Counted from the first letter of the stretch, positions 30,179 through 41,111 are shown. The stretch: 64,000 nt of DNA from an uncultured Candidatus Saccharibacteria bacterium (GCA_964436545.1 CAYTCJ010000002.1:26111-90110); one strand, 5' to 3'. Notes: generated from the letters alone by a model not told the origin. Numbers and translations are program-made.

Positions 30179-30601
30179 ATGAGTAAAAATCAGTTAACTA
30201 TTTCTGTGGGGGTAATTTTAAACGACAAAAGGGAAATTTTACTGGGACTCAGACATCAGCCCCAATCGCCAGAAATTCATAATAAATGGGAATTTCCCGG
30301 TGGAGGCATAGAGTTAAACGAAACCCCAGAAAAAGCTCTGCTTAGAGAAGTAAAAGAAGAAACCGGACTTAATGTAAAAATTATCCGTTTATTGCCCAAA
30401 ATTTACAGTAACTTATGGAAGCACAGCAAGACAACCATACAGGTAATTATTCTCGCTTACGAATGCAAAATCCTATCGGGTAAATTAAAACTTGGAGACC
30501 CGGAAGTTAATGACTTAAAATTTTTCAAGCCCCAAGATATTGACTATTCCAAATGCTTACCTAAAACTAAAGAAATAATTGAACTATTAAATCGCCGATA
30601 A
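30179..30601 (+). CDS. NUDIX hydrolase (MutT-like)
   Basis: WEFPGGGIELNETPEKALLREVKEETGL Nudix box. Confidence 0.92.
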   Translation: MSKNQLTISVGVILNDKREILLGLRHQPQSPEIHNKWEFPGGGIELNETPEKALLREVKEETGLNVKIIRLLPKIYSNLWKHSKTTIQVIILAYECKILSGKLKLGDPEVNDLKFFKPQDIDYSKCLPKTKEIIELLNRR

Positions 30602-30614
30602 ATCGGCACGCTAC
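30594..30614 (-). repeat. GTAG-type REP GTAGCGTGCCGATTTATCGGC
   Basis: GTAG tail plus GCCGAT-AA-ATCGGC-type palindrome; sister copy inside atpG. Confidence 0.8.
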
Positions 30615-30617
30615 AAT

Positions 30618-31961
30618 ATGCTAGACATAAAATTCATTCGCGAAAATCAAGCCCAAATAAAAAAGGCCATCAAAGATAAAAACATTGCTTTAAATTTAGA
30701 TGAGCTTCTGGATGCGGACGTAAAAAGACGAGATTTACTTACCGAACTGGAAGGACTAAAGGCCTTAAAAAACCAAGTCTCCAAAGAATTTCCCAAGCTC
30801 TCTGCGGAAGAAAAGCAAGTTAAGCTTTTGGAAATGAAGGAAGTTGACCAAAAAATTGAAGCTTTAAAAGCTTCGGTAGATTCAGCCATTGCGCAATACC
30901 AAAACCTAATGTATTTGGTTCCAAATATTCCCAGTTCCGAAACGCCAATTGGCAAAGATGACAGTGAGAATGTTCCTTGGAAATATTGGAGTCCCAACTT
31001 GGGGGAAATTGATCCAAAAGATGAAAAAAATGTTTTGGAAGCCCAAACCAAATTTAATTTTCCACCCAAAGATCATGTTACCTTAATGGAAAATTTAAAC
31101 CTTGTCGATTTAAATGCCGGTGTAAATACAGCCGGCTTTCGGGGCTACTATTTAAAAAATGAAGCCGTACTGATGCAATATGGGCTTCTGTGGCACGCTT
31201 TAAATAAAATGCAAGCCAAAGGCTTTGAACTAATGATTCCACCCATTATGGCCAAGGAATTTGCTTTTTACGGGAGTGGGCATTTTCCTTTTGGCAGACA
31301 AGACCAGTATGTGCTAGGTACGGAAAGCGAATTGCAAAATCCCGAATATTTAAAAAACCCTTTATTTTTAAGTGGCACGGCAGAACCCAGTTTATTGGCC
31401 TACTATGCCAATAAAACCTTGGACGAAAAAGATTTACCCATAAAAGTCTGTGGTATTAGCCAATGTTTTAGGGGTGAAATTGGTAGCTACGGTAAAGACA
31501 CCAAGGGCATTTACCGCATTCATGAATTTATGAAAGTTGAACAAGTGGTTTTATGTAAGGCGGATATTTTAGAAAGCGAAAAGTGGCACGAAACCATGCG
31601 AGAAATCGCCCAAGAGATGCTCAAAGACCTTAAGCTTCCACACCGAGTTTTAAATATTTGTACCGGTGATATGGGCGCGGGAAAATACAAAATGTATGAT
31701 ATTGAAACCTGGATGCCGGGCAGAGGTAAATATGGCGAAACCCACAGTGATTCCAATTTAACCGACTGGCAAACCCGCCGACTTAATATTCGTTATAAGA
31801 CTCAAAGTGGAGAAACTAAATTTGTTTTTGGTTTAAATAATACCGTTATCGCCAGCCCCAGAATTTTAATTGCCATTATTGAAAACTACCAACAGGCCGA
31901 TGGCAGTATTTTGGTACCCGAAATTTTAAGACCTTATTTGGGCAAAGATGTCATAAAATAA
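30618..31961 (+). CDS. serS: Seryl-tRNA synthetase
   Basis: MLDIKFIREN, GTAE, RIHEFMKVEQ, YDIETWMPG, LNNTVIASPR, ENYQQADG. Confidence 0.97.
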   Translation: MLDIKFIRENQAQIKKAIKDKNIALNLDELLDADVKRRDLLTELEGLKALKNQVSKEFPKLSAEEKQVKLLEMKEVDQKIEALKASVDSAIAQYQNLMYLVPNIPSSETPIGKDDSENVPWKYWSPNLGEIDPKDEKNVLEAQTKFNFPPKDHVTLMENLNLVDLNAGVNTAGFRGYYLKNEAVLMQYGLLWHALNKMQAKGFELMIPPIMAKEFAFYGSGHFPFGRQDQYVLGTESELQNPEYLKNPLFLSGTAEPSLLAYYANKTLDEKDLPIKVCGISQCFRGEIGSYGKDTKGIYRIHEFMKVEQVVLCKADILESEKWHETMREIAQEMLKDLKLPHRVLNICTGDMGAGKYKMYDIETWMPGRGKYGETHSDSNLTDWQTRRLNIRYKTQSGETKFVFGLNNTVIASPRILIAIIENYQQADGSILVPEILRPYLGKDVIK

Positions 31962-31983
31962 ACCTAAAAGAAATTTGTGTTCA

Positions 31984-32000
31984 ACCCTGAGCTTGTCGAA
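31984..32000. repeat. Truncated CCCTGAGCTTGTCGAA REP-like copy
   Basis: Resembles CCCGAGCGAAGCCGAGGG on the minus strand of the right GIY-YIG flank. Confidence 0.45.
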
Positions 32001-32071
32001 TAAAACTTTAAATAAAAAAGTCTGATTTGTAGTCATTAGTAGATCCGTCTCATTTGTATATTCGATATACT

Positions 32072-33007
32072 ATGTTAAACAAAAACAAAATCAAATTTCA
32101 AAATCAAGATTTTAAAAAAAAATTAGTTGTTGCCAGAACCTATAAAAGATCCCTTAAAAGCATTCGAGGAAAATCTTTTGGGGGTCTTTTGGAATTTTTA
32201 AGTATAAATACTTTACCCCTTAAACTTTTAACCATTTTTTTAGGCTTAGGATTAGGTTATTTGCTATTGGTTCCCAATTATTTTACCGTTAAAAACCTCA
32301 AAATTTTGGAATTGAATACGACTCAAAATTCAGACTCTCTCCTAACTTGCGCTAAACAACAAATTCATTGGCCCAAAAATAATTTATTTTTACTTTCTAC
32401 CAAAACTTTGGCTAACACTTTGGAAAAAAACTGCCGAGAAATCAGCCGAGTCGAGGTTATTCAAAAAAACTATCCCCATACTTTAACCCTAAAACTACAC
32501 AAACGTTACGAAGAATTTTTATTAACTAATCAATCGGGCAAATATATCCTAGCTAATGACGGGATTTTATTAAGCCAATTAAGCCAAACAGACTGGGACC
32601 TAAACGCCTCCTCCACACATTCACTGATACCCATGACTTTATTCAACAACTCGGAAGAATTTTATGTTGGCCAAAACTTTAGCCAAACCAATCTCTTTAT
32701 TCAATTAGAAGAAATCCTTAAAAATTTTAAATTCCAATTCAACAATCCCATAGTTAAAATTAACCTCGCGGACAAAAACTTCACCAATACTGAACTGTTT
32801 ACCCAAACCGGCTACCAAATAAAAATTAATTTCCATTTAATTAACCAAGAATTTTTGCAAAATTTTGAAGATTTGCTAAATGACATTACTTCCAGTAGAA
32901 TTAGCAGTGTTAAATATATAGATTTAAGAGTGGCAAAAAAAGCCTACGTATGTTATAAAGACGCTGTATGCGCTCAAAATTCCAACTCTAATCCGGCTGG
33001 TCAATAA
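32072..33007 (+). CDS. Cell division protein FtsQ/DivIB-like
   Basis: TM then POTRA-like FTVKNLKI..KNYPHTLTLKL; C-terminal YIDLR motif. Confidence 0.78.
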   Translation: MLNKNKIKFQNQDFKKKLVVARTYKRSLKSIRGKSFGGLLEFLSINTLPLKLLTIFLGLGLGYLLLVPNYFTVKNLKILELNTTQNSDSLLTCAKQQIHWPKNNLFLLSTKTLANTLEKNCREISRVEVIQKNYPHTLTLKLHKRYEEFLLTNQSGKYILANDGILLSQLSQTDWDLNASSTHSLIPMTLFNNSEEFYVGQNFSQTNLFIQLEEILKNFKFQFNNPIVKINLADKNFTNTELFTQTGYQIKINFHLINQEFLQNFEDLLNDITSSRISSVKYIDLRVAKKAYVCYKDAVCAQNSNSNPAGQ

Positions 33008-33029
33008 TCATTATAGGACTTCCGCTCTT

Positions 33030-33068
33030 GCCACTTCAACTTCGGCAGAGCCGAAGTTCTAAAGTGGC
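33030..33068. repeat. Intergenic palindromic hairpin
   Basis: GCCACTT..AACTTCGGC-AGA-GCCGAAGTT..AAGTGGC. Confidence 0.6.
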
Positions 33069-33197
33069 TTTGGCTAATTTCTTCGTTATTTTTCTGTGGT
33101 TTTATTCGTCGTATTCCTAATACGCCTCATAAAATCCTCGAAAAATGCCTTAAACTTAGCTCAAAAGCGTAAGTCCTACATTATTCATTTATTCTCT

Positions 33198-33887
33198 ATG
33201 CCTAAAAAAAATTTATTTGTTTTATCTTTGGGTGGTTCGTTAATTGTTCCTCAGGAGATTGATGTTAACTTTTTATCCGCCTTTAAAAAATTAGTTACCA
33301 ACTATACTCGGCAAGGGCATCGGTTTATTATTATTACCGGTGGGGGAATGGTGTGTAGAAAATATCAAACCGCATTAAAACACCTTGCCAAACCCAGTAA
33401 TCTGGATTTGGATTTTTTGGGTATTCAGTCCACATGGCTAAACGCTAAGTTAGTGCAACTAATGTTTGGTAATTTAGCCCATAACCAACTCGTTTCCGAC
33501 CCCAGTCAATTTATTGCCACTAAAAAACCAATTCTCCTAGCCGGCGGGTGGGAACCAGGCTGGAGTAGCGATTATGATGCCGTAATGTTGGCCAAAACCT
33601 ATGACGCCAAAACTGTAATAAATTTAAGCAACATTGATTTTTTATACACCAAAGACCCTAAACGATTTACAGACGCCGAAAAAATCACCCAAATTAACTG
33701 GCAAGGTTTATTTAAAATTATTGGCCATAAGTGGTTACCCGGGGCCAATTTACCCTTTGATCCTATGGCCGGAAAATTAGCACAAAAACACCAACTTAAG
33801 GTAATTATTGCCAATGGCAAAAATTTAAAAAATTTAAAAAATATTTTAGAAAATAAAAAATTTATTGGGACAGAAATTTCTAATTAA
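33198..33887 (+). CDS. pyrH: UMP kinase (archaeal-like type)
   Basis: VLSLGGSLI, ITGGG..CRKYQ, PGWSSDYDAV, KDPK, PFDP. Confidence 0.9.
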   Translation: MPKKNLFVLSLGGSLIVPQEIDVNFLSAFKKLVTNYTRQGHRFIIITGGGMVCRKYQTALKHLAKPSNLDLDFLGIQSTWLNAKLVQLMFGNLAHNQLVSDPSQFIATKKPILLAGGWEPGWSSDYDAVMLAKTYDAKTVINLSNIDFLYTKDPKRFTDAEKITQINWQGLFKIIGHKWLPGANLPFDPMAGKLAQKHQLKVIIANGKNLKNLKNILENKKFIGTEISN

Positions 33888-33894
33888 ATTTTCT

Positions 33895-35148
33895 ATGAAT
33901 TCCAAGCAGTCCGGCATATATTTAGACTACGCCTCAACGACATTTTTACACCCGAGCGCCCAAAAGGCAATGTTGCCGTTTTTAAACAAACATTTTGCCA
34001 ATCCTTCAGGATTACATAAACCGGCCTTAACTGCGCACCGAGCGCTTAACCGTGCCAGAGAACAGGTGGCGAAAATCCTAGCTTGCAAAAATGAAGAGCT
34101 GATTTTTACCGCTGGCGGAACAGAAAGCATTAATTTGGCAATTTTTGGCATTGCCAGACAATTTGAACTTAAACATAAGACCAAAGGCCACTTAATTACC
34201 AGCCAAATTGAACATTTGGCTGTTTTAAATGCTTTTAAAGCATTGGAAGAAGAAGGCTATCAAACCACTTATTTACCGGTCAATGCTTTTGGACAAATTA
34301 ACCCGCAAGATTTAATCAAAGCAATTCAACCAAACACCATACTGGTTTCCTTAATGTATGCGAATAATGAAATTGGCACCATTCAACCTCTCCCCGCGAT
34401 TGGCAAACAACTGGAAATACTTAACGCCAAAAGAACTGCTATGAACCAACCGAAAATTTACTTTCATTCCGACGCTTGCCAAGCAGGCGGGGTATTGGAT
34501 TTAAATGTGAACAAACTGAAAGTGGATTTAATGACCATCAACGGCAGTAAAATTTATGGCCCTAAACAAACCGGAGTTTTGTATCTCAAAACCAAAACGC
34601 CACTGAGACCCCTAATTTTTGGTGGGGGACAAGAAAATAATTTACGCAGTGGCACAGAAAATGTCCCGGGAATTATTGGTTTTGCCACGGCTTTAAATTT
34701 AGCGCAAAAAACCCGTTTAAAAGAAAACCAACGTTTAAGAACTTTAAGAAACTATTTTGTAAAACACATTACTCAATTAATTCCTCACTCCAGACTTAAT
34801 GGACCGCCAATTGACACTGATTCGGAAAATTCGCCTACTCGACTGCCCAACAATGTAAATTTTTCTTTTAAAAATATAGAAGGTGAATCGTTATTGTTAT
34901 ATTTGGACGCCAAAGGCATTGCCGTTTCCACCGGAAGTGCTTGTCATGCTTTTAGTTCCGAGGCTTCCCATGTATTAACCGCCATTCAATGTCCTTTAGA
35001 TTTCATTTATGGCACTATTCGGTTTTCTTTAGGTCAAAAAACCACCAAACCACAACTGGACTACACCCTGAAAGCAATGCAAAACATATTTAAAACTTTG
35101 CAACCATTTAACCTAAACCCTCAATCTATTTCCCATAAGGTCAAATAA
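33895..35148 (+). CDS. iscS: Cysteine desulfurase (IscS/NifS family)
   Basis: IYLDYASTT, FANPS, ANNEIGT, HSDACQ, KIYGPK, RSGTENV, STGSAC. Confidence 0.93.
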   Translation: MNSKQSGIYLDYASTTFLHPSAQKAMLPFLNKHFANPSGLHKPALTAHRALNRAREQVAKILACKNEELIFTAGGTESINLAIFGIARQFELKHKTKGHLITSQIEHLAVLNAFKALEEEGYQTTYLPVNAFGQINPQDLIKAIQPNTILVSLMYANNEIGTIQPLPAIGKQLEILNAKRTAMNQPKIYFHSDACQAGGVLDLNVNKLKVDLMTINGSKIYGPKQTGVLYLKTKTPLRPLIFGGGQENNLRSGTENVPGIIGFATALNLAQKTRLKENQRLRTLRNYFVKHITQLIPHSRLNGPPIDTDSENSPTRLPNNVNFSFKNIEGESLLLYLDAKGIAVSTGSACHAFSSEASHVLTAIQCPLDFIYGTIRFSLGQKTTKPQLDYTLKAMQNIFKTLQPFNLNPQSISHKVK

Positions 35149-35157
35149 TCCTTCCTT

Positions 35158-35200
35158 AAGAAGACGGACTTCTGGGATTTTCCCAGAGGTCCGTCTTCTT
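35158..35200. terminator. Long hairpin between convergent genes
   Basis: AAGAAGACGGACTTCTGGGA-TTT-TCCCAGAGGTCCGTCTTCTT; partial relative near 37265-37298. Confidence 0.75.
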
Positions 35201-35209
35201 GTTTTGCAA

Positions 35210-36832
35210 CTACTCCTTAACTTGATATTCACTTACAAACACGCTGGTGCCTAAATAAGGCCTTACTTCAGGAAATTCTTGCTGGGAAATGGCTTGCCAA
35301 GCAAGGGGAACTTTGGGCTTTTCGGCCCCAAAGCCATTTGTCCATACCAACCACACTTTATTGCCGGATTTTAGATTTTGGTTAAAATCGGGTAGTAAAT
35401 CGTTATTGGTTAATAGGGCAGTACCGGCATAATGAGGCATAGCCTGAACTTCTGTAACCCCTCCACTATACAACCAAGGTTTTATGGTTTCCGTCTGATG
35501 AGCAGAAGTGGCAACAAAAGCCACTGGCGAATTTTGCGATAAGTAGTATTTTAAATTAAAAAACATAAAGCTACTTCCCACATACACCTTATCTGGTGCC
35601 TGATAATTGGCATACAAATACTTGACCGCTTTAGCCATACCCGGTTTGGTGGCAATGTTAATGTTGTGCCAATATCGGTTAAAAGCCATTAAACATAAAC
35701 CAATATACAAACCCAAACTTAACTTAAAAATAGTTTGGCGTTTAATTTGGTTTAACCAAGCACTCAAAATTATTATTAAAAACGGACTGGTAAACACAAA
35801 ATACCTTACCAAGTAAACACTGCTATTACTACCTTTTAACTTTGCCAAAAAATAAAACAGAATTGAACCTAAAAAGGGCGCCAGAGCTACAGCAAAAATT
35901 AACCACTTATAAAAATTTTCCGTCTTGCTAAGAAACTTATAAACCACCATTAAAAAAGTAATGGTAACAATCACCAGCAATAGCTTGACTCGAAAATTGC
36001 TAATATCGTAACTAAAACCTAATAACAAGGTATACAGCGTGCTGGGCACACTCCATTTATCCATAGGCGGTATCCAATAACCGGCACCCACTTGTTTAAG
36101 CTGGTATAAAAAAGTGTTTAACCACGGCACATAAGCAAGGAGAATGGTAAAATAAGCGGTCAAAAGTAGGACATAATTCTTAAAAGTATAACGATGATGG
36201 GTAAATAAATAAACCAACCCAAAAAACCCAATTGCCATACTGGCGAATAATAAATAATAATGGGTATATACCATTACAACTGTGGCCAGAATGAACCCAA
36301 AATAATTTACCCAAATTTTTTTTCTTAAGCTAAAAGTTTCCGGCAAATTGGGGACCTGTAATACATTCAACTTTTGCATCTCGGTTTGGAGTAGAAAAGC
36401 TTTTACCAAAAAATAACAACTGAGTAAAGTAAAAAACGCGCCCATGGTATACATTCTAGCTTCCGTGGCGTATTGAATCTGAAAGGGATTAATAGCCACT
36501 AAAAAAGCCGAGGTTAAGGCCAAACGGGAATCTTTAAACCCCACCTTAACTAACAACCACACGGCCCAAATGGTCCCCACCCCAAATAGCACACTTAAAG
36601 ATCTTAAAGCCAGTAGGGAATCGGAAAATACATAGTGCCACAATTTTAAAATTACGTAATAGGCCGGCGGGTGCACATCTAAACCGATTCTATACAGCAT
36701 TTCTTGCCAAGGATATTTAATTAACAAAGCGGAAAACGCTTCATCGTGCCATAGGGAGATGTCTAAATTATGATAAAATCTTAAAAGTAGACCTAAGCCT
36801 AAAATGGCCAGCAGGGTTAAATTTTTTTTCAT
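35210..36832 (-). CDS. GT-C fold (PMT/ArnT, GT39-like) membrane glycosyltransferase
   Basis: SLWHDEA, DVHPPAYY, EARMY; many TMs. Confidence 0.88.
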   Translation of the reverse strand: MKKNLTLLAILGLGLLLRFYHNLDISLWHDEAFSALLIKYPWQEMLYRIGLDVHPPAYYVILKLWHYVFSDSLLALRSLSVLFGVGTIWAVWLLVKVGFKDSRLALTSAFLVAINPFQIQYATEARMYTMGAFFTLLSCYFLVKAFLLQTEMQKLNVLQVPNLPETFSLRKKIWVNYFGFILATVVMVYTHYYLLFASMAIGFFGLVYLFTHHRYTFKNYVLLLTAYFTILLAYVPWLNTFLYQLKQVGAGYWIPPMDKWSVPSTLYTLLLGFSYDISNFRVKLLLVIVTITFLMVVYKFLSKTENFYKWLIFAVALAPFLGSILFYFLAKLKGSNSSVYLVRYFVFTSPFLIIILSAWLNQIKRQTIFKLSLGLYIGLCLMAFNRYWHNINIATKPGMAKAVKYLYANYQAPDKVYVGSSFMFFNLKYYLSQNSPVAFVATSAHQTETIKPWLYSGGVTEVQAMPHYAGTALLTNNDLLPDFNQNLKSGNKVWLVWTNGFGAEKPKVPLAWQAISQQEFPEVRPYLGTSVFVSEYQVKE

Positions 36833-36909
36833 TGATTTGCCAAAATGACTAATTTTTGGTATAATTAAGGTTAATAATATTATGATTTGCGGTAAAATTC
36901 TTTGGCTGT

Positions 36910-37254
36910 ATGTTAAAATTTCTTAAAATTTTTGAACGGAAAATTTGGTTTCTAAAATTTTTGGGTTGGCTTGTTCCCATTATAACACTTTTAATTCTCT
37001 TTATCCAAAACCGTTTTTTAAATCAAAACTTGATCCTAAAATATTCAGTCGGAGCCGGTGTGCTATGGAGTGGGGGCAGTAATCACCTTTATTTAATTCC
37101 CATCAGCGGGTTAGTGTTAAGTTTATTAAATCTTAAACTAAATGAACAGCTGAGTGAGCATTTTGTTTTTTTGAAAAAAAGTATGGTGTTGGTAAATTGC
37201 CTAATTCAACTTATACTCTTGCTGGCTGTATTGCTTTTATTTTGGATAAATTAA
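36910..37254 (+). CDS. Small three-TM membrane protein
   Basis: 114-aa hydrophobic ORF. Confidence 0.6.
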   Translation: MLKFLKIFERKIWFLKFLGWLVPIITLLILFIQNRFLNQNLILKYSVGAGVLWSGGSNHLYLIPISGLVLSLLNLKLNEQLSEHFVFLKKSMVLVNCLIQLILLLAVLLLFWIN

Positions 37255-37315
37255 TCTAACGGGGAAGTCTTCTGGGCTTAAAACCTAAAGACTGTCTTAA
37301 ACACGCATAAGTTTA

Positions 37316-38953
37316 ATGTATAGAAAAAGAACTTATCAAGAACGTTTTTGGGAAATCCTGCCGGGTTTGCAATTTTGGACGGTTTTCTGCTGTGCCATAT
37401 ATTTCTCCTATGCCAAACCGATTTGGGCGGCGATTTTTATAATTTGTTTCGATTTTTATTGGTTACTCAGAGCCATTAATGCCTCACTGCATTTAATTGC
37501 CAGTTATTTTAAATTTAAAGTCGCGGTAAAACTGGACTGGTTAAGTTTTGTACAAAACTTTAATCAATTACCCGAATTAATCGCCCGCATAGAAACAGCC
37601 AACCAAAAAAATCCCAGTAAATTTTTACAAGAACTGCTAAAAAAATTAAAGTCAGTTAAAAATTCCGGACAAATAATTCCCAACTTTTTGGACTACTACC
37701 AGTTAGTGCTTATTCCTTTTGTAAACGAGCCGGAGGAAGTTTTAGACCATAGCCTCGGTGCCATTGCCAATTCCGCCTATCCCAAAGATAAAATTATTAT
37801 TTTATTGGCCTCGGAAGACAGGGCCGGGGAAACCGCCAAACAAACCGCTAACTCTTTAAAACACAAATACGAAAACCAATTTTTTAAATTTTTTATTACC
37901 TCTCACCCCGATAATCTTCCGGGGGAAATTAAAGGGAAAAGCGCCAATGCCACTTATGCGGTAAAAAACATTCTGCCGGATTTAGCCAAACTCCAAATCG
38001 GAGTTGAACAAGTTTTAGTTTCTAACTTCGATTCCGACACCATTATTCACCCACAATATTTTGCCCGAGTAATGTTTGAATTCCTGCTGGCCGACAAACC
38101 CTACCAAAAAAGCTACCAGCCCATTGCGATTTACAACAACAATATTTGGGATAGCCCGGCGCTAATTCGAGTTATTGCGCTTTCTTCTTGGCAATTTACC
38201 GAAAGCAACCGCCCCGACCGGCTAAAGACCTTTTCCTCCCACACCATGACCTTAAAGGCCTTAGTGGAGGTGGGTTTTTGGAAAAAAGACATTGTCAACG
38301 AAGATGAATTTATTTATTGGCAATGTTTTTTGCACTACCAAGGCGACTACCAAGTCGTGCCGTTATTTTTGCCCGTTTCGTTAGATACTTGTTTGGCGGA
38401 AACTTTTTGGCAAACCTGTAAAAATCAATATAAACAAAAAAGACGTTGGGCTTACGGAGTGGAATATTACCCTCATTTAATTTGGCCATTAATTAAATGC
38501 AAAACCACTTTTTATTGGAAATTTTATAAACTGTTTCAATACACCGAAACTCATTTTACTTGGGCCACTGCCAGTTTAATGATTGCCATTTTAGGTTGGC
38601 TACCTTTGTTTATTGGCAGAGAGAATTTTACGGAAAGTGTCATTGCTTTTAATTTACCGCTTGTCACCCAAAGCTTAATGCGAATTGCATTACTGTTTTT
38701 AATTTTTAGCGTTTATGTCAATATTGTCCTACTCCCGCCCAAACCCAAAAAATACGGCAAATGGAAAACTGTTTCCATGTACTTACAGTGGTTTTTAGTA
38801 CCCTTTTCTGCGGTGGTCTTTCATAGTTTACCAGCCATTGAAGCCCAAACTCGTTTAATGTTGGGTAAATATTTGGAGTTTTGGGTTACCCCCAAGGCCA
38901 GAAAAGGAGAAAACACCGGTTTCTTAATGAAAGAAATGGGGGAGACTAAATAA
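37316..38953 (+). CDS. GT2-family membrane glycosyltransferase
   Basis: GKSAN, FDSD, VNED, QKRRW (QxxRW) motifs with flanking TMs. Confidence 0.88.
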   Translation: MYRKRTYQERFWEILPGLQFWTVFCCAIYFSYAKPIWAAIFIICFDFYWLLRAINASLHLIASYFKFKVAVKLDWLSFVQNFNQLPELIARIETANQKNPSKFLQELLKKLKSVKNSGQIIPNFLDYYQLVLIPFVNEPEEVLDHSLGAIANSAYPKDKIIILLASEDRAGETAKQTANSLKHKYENQFFKFFITSHPDNLPGEIKGKSANATYAVKNILPDLAKLQIGVEQVLVSNFDSDTIIHPQYFARVMFEFLLADKPYQKSYQPIAIYNNNIWDSPALIRVIALSSWQFTESNRPDRLKTFSSHTMTLKALVEVGFWKKDIVNEDEFIYWQCFLHYQGDYQVVPLFLPVSLDTCLAETFWQTCKNQYKQKRRWAYGVEYYPHLIWPLIKCKTTFYWKFYKLFQYTETHFTWATASLMIAILGWLPLFIGRENFTESVIAFNLPLVTQSLMRIALLFLIFSVYVNIVLLPPKPKKYGKWKTVSMYLQWFLVPFSAVVFHSLPAIEAQTRLMLGKYLEFWVTPKARKGENTGFLMKEMGETK

Positions 38954-38969
38954 CCAAATTTAAACCAAT

Positions 38970-40061
38970 ATGTTATTTCTATTTCTATTTTTCATTTCCG
39001 CGGTTTTAAGTTTTTTACTAACCCGATTTATAAAAAATTTTTCCTTGCGCTATGGCATTTTAGATTTGCCTCAAAATAATGGTAGAAAAATTCATAAAAA
39101 CCCCACCCCTTTACTCGGCGGTTTAGCCTTAATTATTTCGGTAATTTTAATCATTTGCCTATATATAATTTTTATTAAGCCCGATTTTGGCATTGTGCCC
39201 CTAAAGTTCTTTATGGGCATCATTTTAGCCAGCGGAATTTTGGCTGTGGGGGGCTTTTTAGACGACCGGTATACTTTACCACCCAAATGGCTGTGGATAT
39301 TTCCGGCCTTAGCCAGTCTGGTGATTGTTTTAAGCGGAATTGGCGTGGGTATAAAATATATTTCCAACCCGTTTGGGGAAGCAATTTTTATCGGCCACAC
39401 CTTTTCGTGGCTATCTATGCAATGGTCTTTTTCCGCCCTACTAGTTTGGCTGTGGTTAATGGGGATGATTTTTACCACTAAATTTTTAGATGGTCTGGAT
39501 GGGTTGTGCTCGGGGATTGGTTTAATTGGCAGTCTAACTTTTTTTTGCCTTTCCTTAACCGAAAAAATCAACCAACCCATTACTGCCGGTTTGGCAATCA
39601 TCTTAGCCGGTGCCTTACTGGGGTATTTATTTTTTGCTTTTCATCCGGCAGTAATTTTTTTAGGGGAGTCAGGAAGCACTTTTATTGGCCTTATGCTGGG
39701 AGTCTTAGCTGTTATTTTGGGGGCTAAAATCGCCACCGCCCTGTTAGTCATGGGCATACCTATTTTAGATGTGGCTTGGGCCATAATCAGAAGGCTGTAT
39801 TACAAACAATCACCCTTCAAAGGCGATAAAAGCCACTTACACCACCGCCTTTTAGACATTGGTTTTAGCCAAAAACAAGCTGTTTTAAGCTTGTGGGCCA
39901 TTTCAGCCATCTTTGGGGCTACTGCCTTGTTTTTGCAAAGTAAAGGTAAATTAATTGCCCTAATCATTCTCTTTGTAACCATGTTAATAATTGCCTTAAG
40001 CACAGTGATTGTTTATAAACGTCGCCACCCCCATATTCCAAACAGCATTGACGAAAAATGA
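38970..40061 (+). CDS. MraY/WecA-family polyprenyl-phosphate N-acetylhexosamine-1-phosphate transferase
   Basis: RKIH..PTPLLGG, GFLDD, DGLDGL, FLGESG, HLHHRL. Confidence 0.92.
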   Translation: MLFLFLFFISAVLSFLLTRFIKNFSLRYGILDLPQNNGRKIHKNPTPLLGGLALIISVILIICLYIIFIKPDFGIVPLKFFMGIILASGILAVGGFLDDRYTLPPKWLWIFPALASLVIVLSGIGVGIKYISNPFGEAIFIGHTFSWLSMQWSFSALLVWLWLMGMIFTTKFLDGLDGLCSGIGLIGSLTFFCLSLTEKINQPITAGLAIILAGALLGYLFFAFHPAVIFLGESGSTFIGLMLGVLAVILGAKIATALLVMGIPILDVAWAIIRRLYYKQSPFKGDKSHLHHRLLDIGFSQKQAVLSLWAISAIFGATALFLQSKGKLIALIILFVTMLIIALSTVIVYKRRHPHIPNSIDEK

Positions 40062-40179
40062 AAAATTTGATAATATTTCAATACTCATTAATGCAATATT
40101 TTGAGGTATCATCATCCTATAGATTCCCTATCCTATATTCATAATGCATACTTCTTAATTCATAATTCATTCTTTATAT

Positions 40180-40467
40180 ATGACAGCAATCATTCAAACC
40201 GGCGGTAAACAATATTTAGTGGAAAAAGGTCATAAAATTCAAGTGGAAAAACTGCCGGGTGAAGTTGGCAGTGTAATAAAATTCGACCAAATTTTATTTT
40301 TAGACGGGGAAGTTGGCAAGCCTTTTATTTCCGGCAAAACTTTAGAGGGTAAAATTCTAAAGCAAGCCAAAGGCGATAAAGTGCGAGTGTTTAAATATAA
40401 ATCTAAATCCAAATATCGCCGAACTCAAGGCCATAGACAACAATTTACAGAAGTGGAAATTATCTAA
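40180..40467 (+). CDS. rplU: 50S ribosomal protein L21
   Basis: AIIQTGGKQYLV, YRRTQGHRQQFT. Confidence 0.97.
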   Translation: MTAIIQTGGKQYLVEKGHKIQVEKLPGEVGSVIKFDQILFLDGEVGKPFISGKTLEGKILKQAKGDKVRVFKYKSKSKYRRTQGHRQQFTEVEII

Positions 40468-40470
40468 CTT

Positions 40471-40496
40471 AAAATCCCGACTAAAGTCGGGATTTT
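40471..40496. terminator. Terminator/REP hairpin between convergent genes
   Basis: AAAATCCCGAC-TAAA-GTCGGGATTTT. Confidence 0.75.
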
Positions 40497-41110
40497 TTTG
40501 TAATCTCATACATACTCGCTGGTTCACCTTTGGCGGTGGATTGAAGGCTAATAACTTTAAACTCTACTGTCGGCAAAGCTCTTAAATAATTAAGGGAATT
40601 TATATAAGCAGAATTAACTAATGTTGGGTAAGAATCTGCAATCACTAGTTTGCCATCAGCATTTAAAACCCTTAAACATTCATTAAGTAATTTAATCTGA
40701 TTTGCTTGTTCGAGTTTAATATCAGGAGCGATTTGAAAAGCATAAGCGGGTTCATTCATTCTTTGTTCATTAGGTATAGCTCTATAAGTGAGTACATCTG
40801 ACAAAAAGACTACATCAAACGAATTATCTGCGAAAGGAATTTGCATACCATTCCCAATTGAAGAATGGAGGTGTAGATTAAAAGGGATAGGCTTATCTAT
40901 AATGTCTGGTAATTGCTGAATTTTATGGGCATTATGTGAGTCAAGATTTAAAGCATAGTATTCAACCTCACCTCTTAAAAGAGTTTGGATTTTGCTATTA
41001 GAATTAAATTTAATAAACACTGGCGTATCTTTAGTACCAATCTCTAAAACCCTTTTATTTTTTTTTACTTCTGGATTTGGACCTAACTCCAGCCTTTCAC
41101 CATTATTCAT
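40481..41110 (-). CDS. Class I SAM-dependent methyltransferase-like protein
   Basis: VLEIGT, IPFADNSFDVV, LNECLRVL..DGKLVI. Confidence 0.75.
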   Translation of the reverse strand: MNNGERLELGPNPEVKKNKRVLEIGTKDTPVFIKFNSNSKIQTLLRGEVEYYALNLDSHNAHKIQQLPDIIDKPIPFNLHLHSSIGNGMQIPFADNSFDVVFLSDVLTYRAIPNEQRMNEPAYAFQIAPDIKLEQANQIKLLNECLRVLNADGKLVIADSYPTLVNSAYINSLNYLRALPTVEFKVISLQSTAKGEPASMYEITKKSRL

Positions 41111-41111
41111 T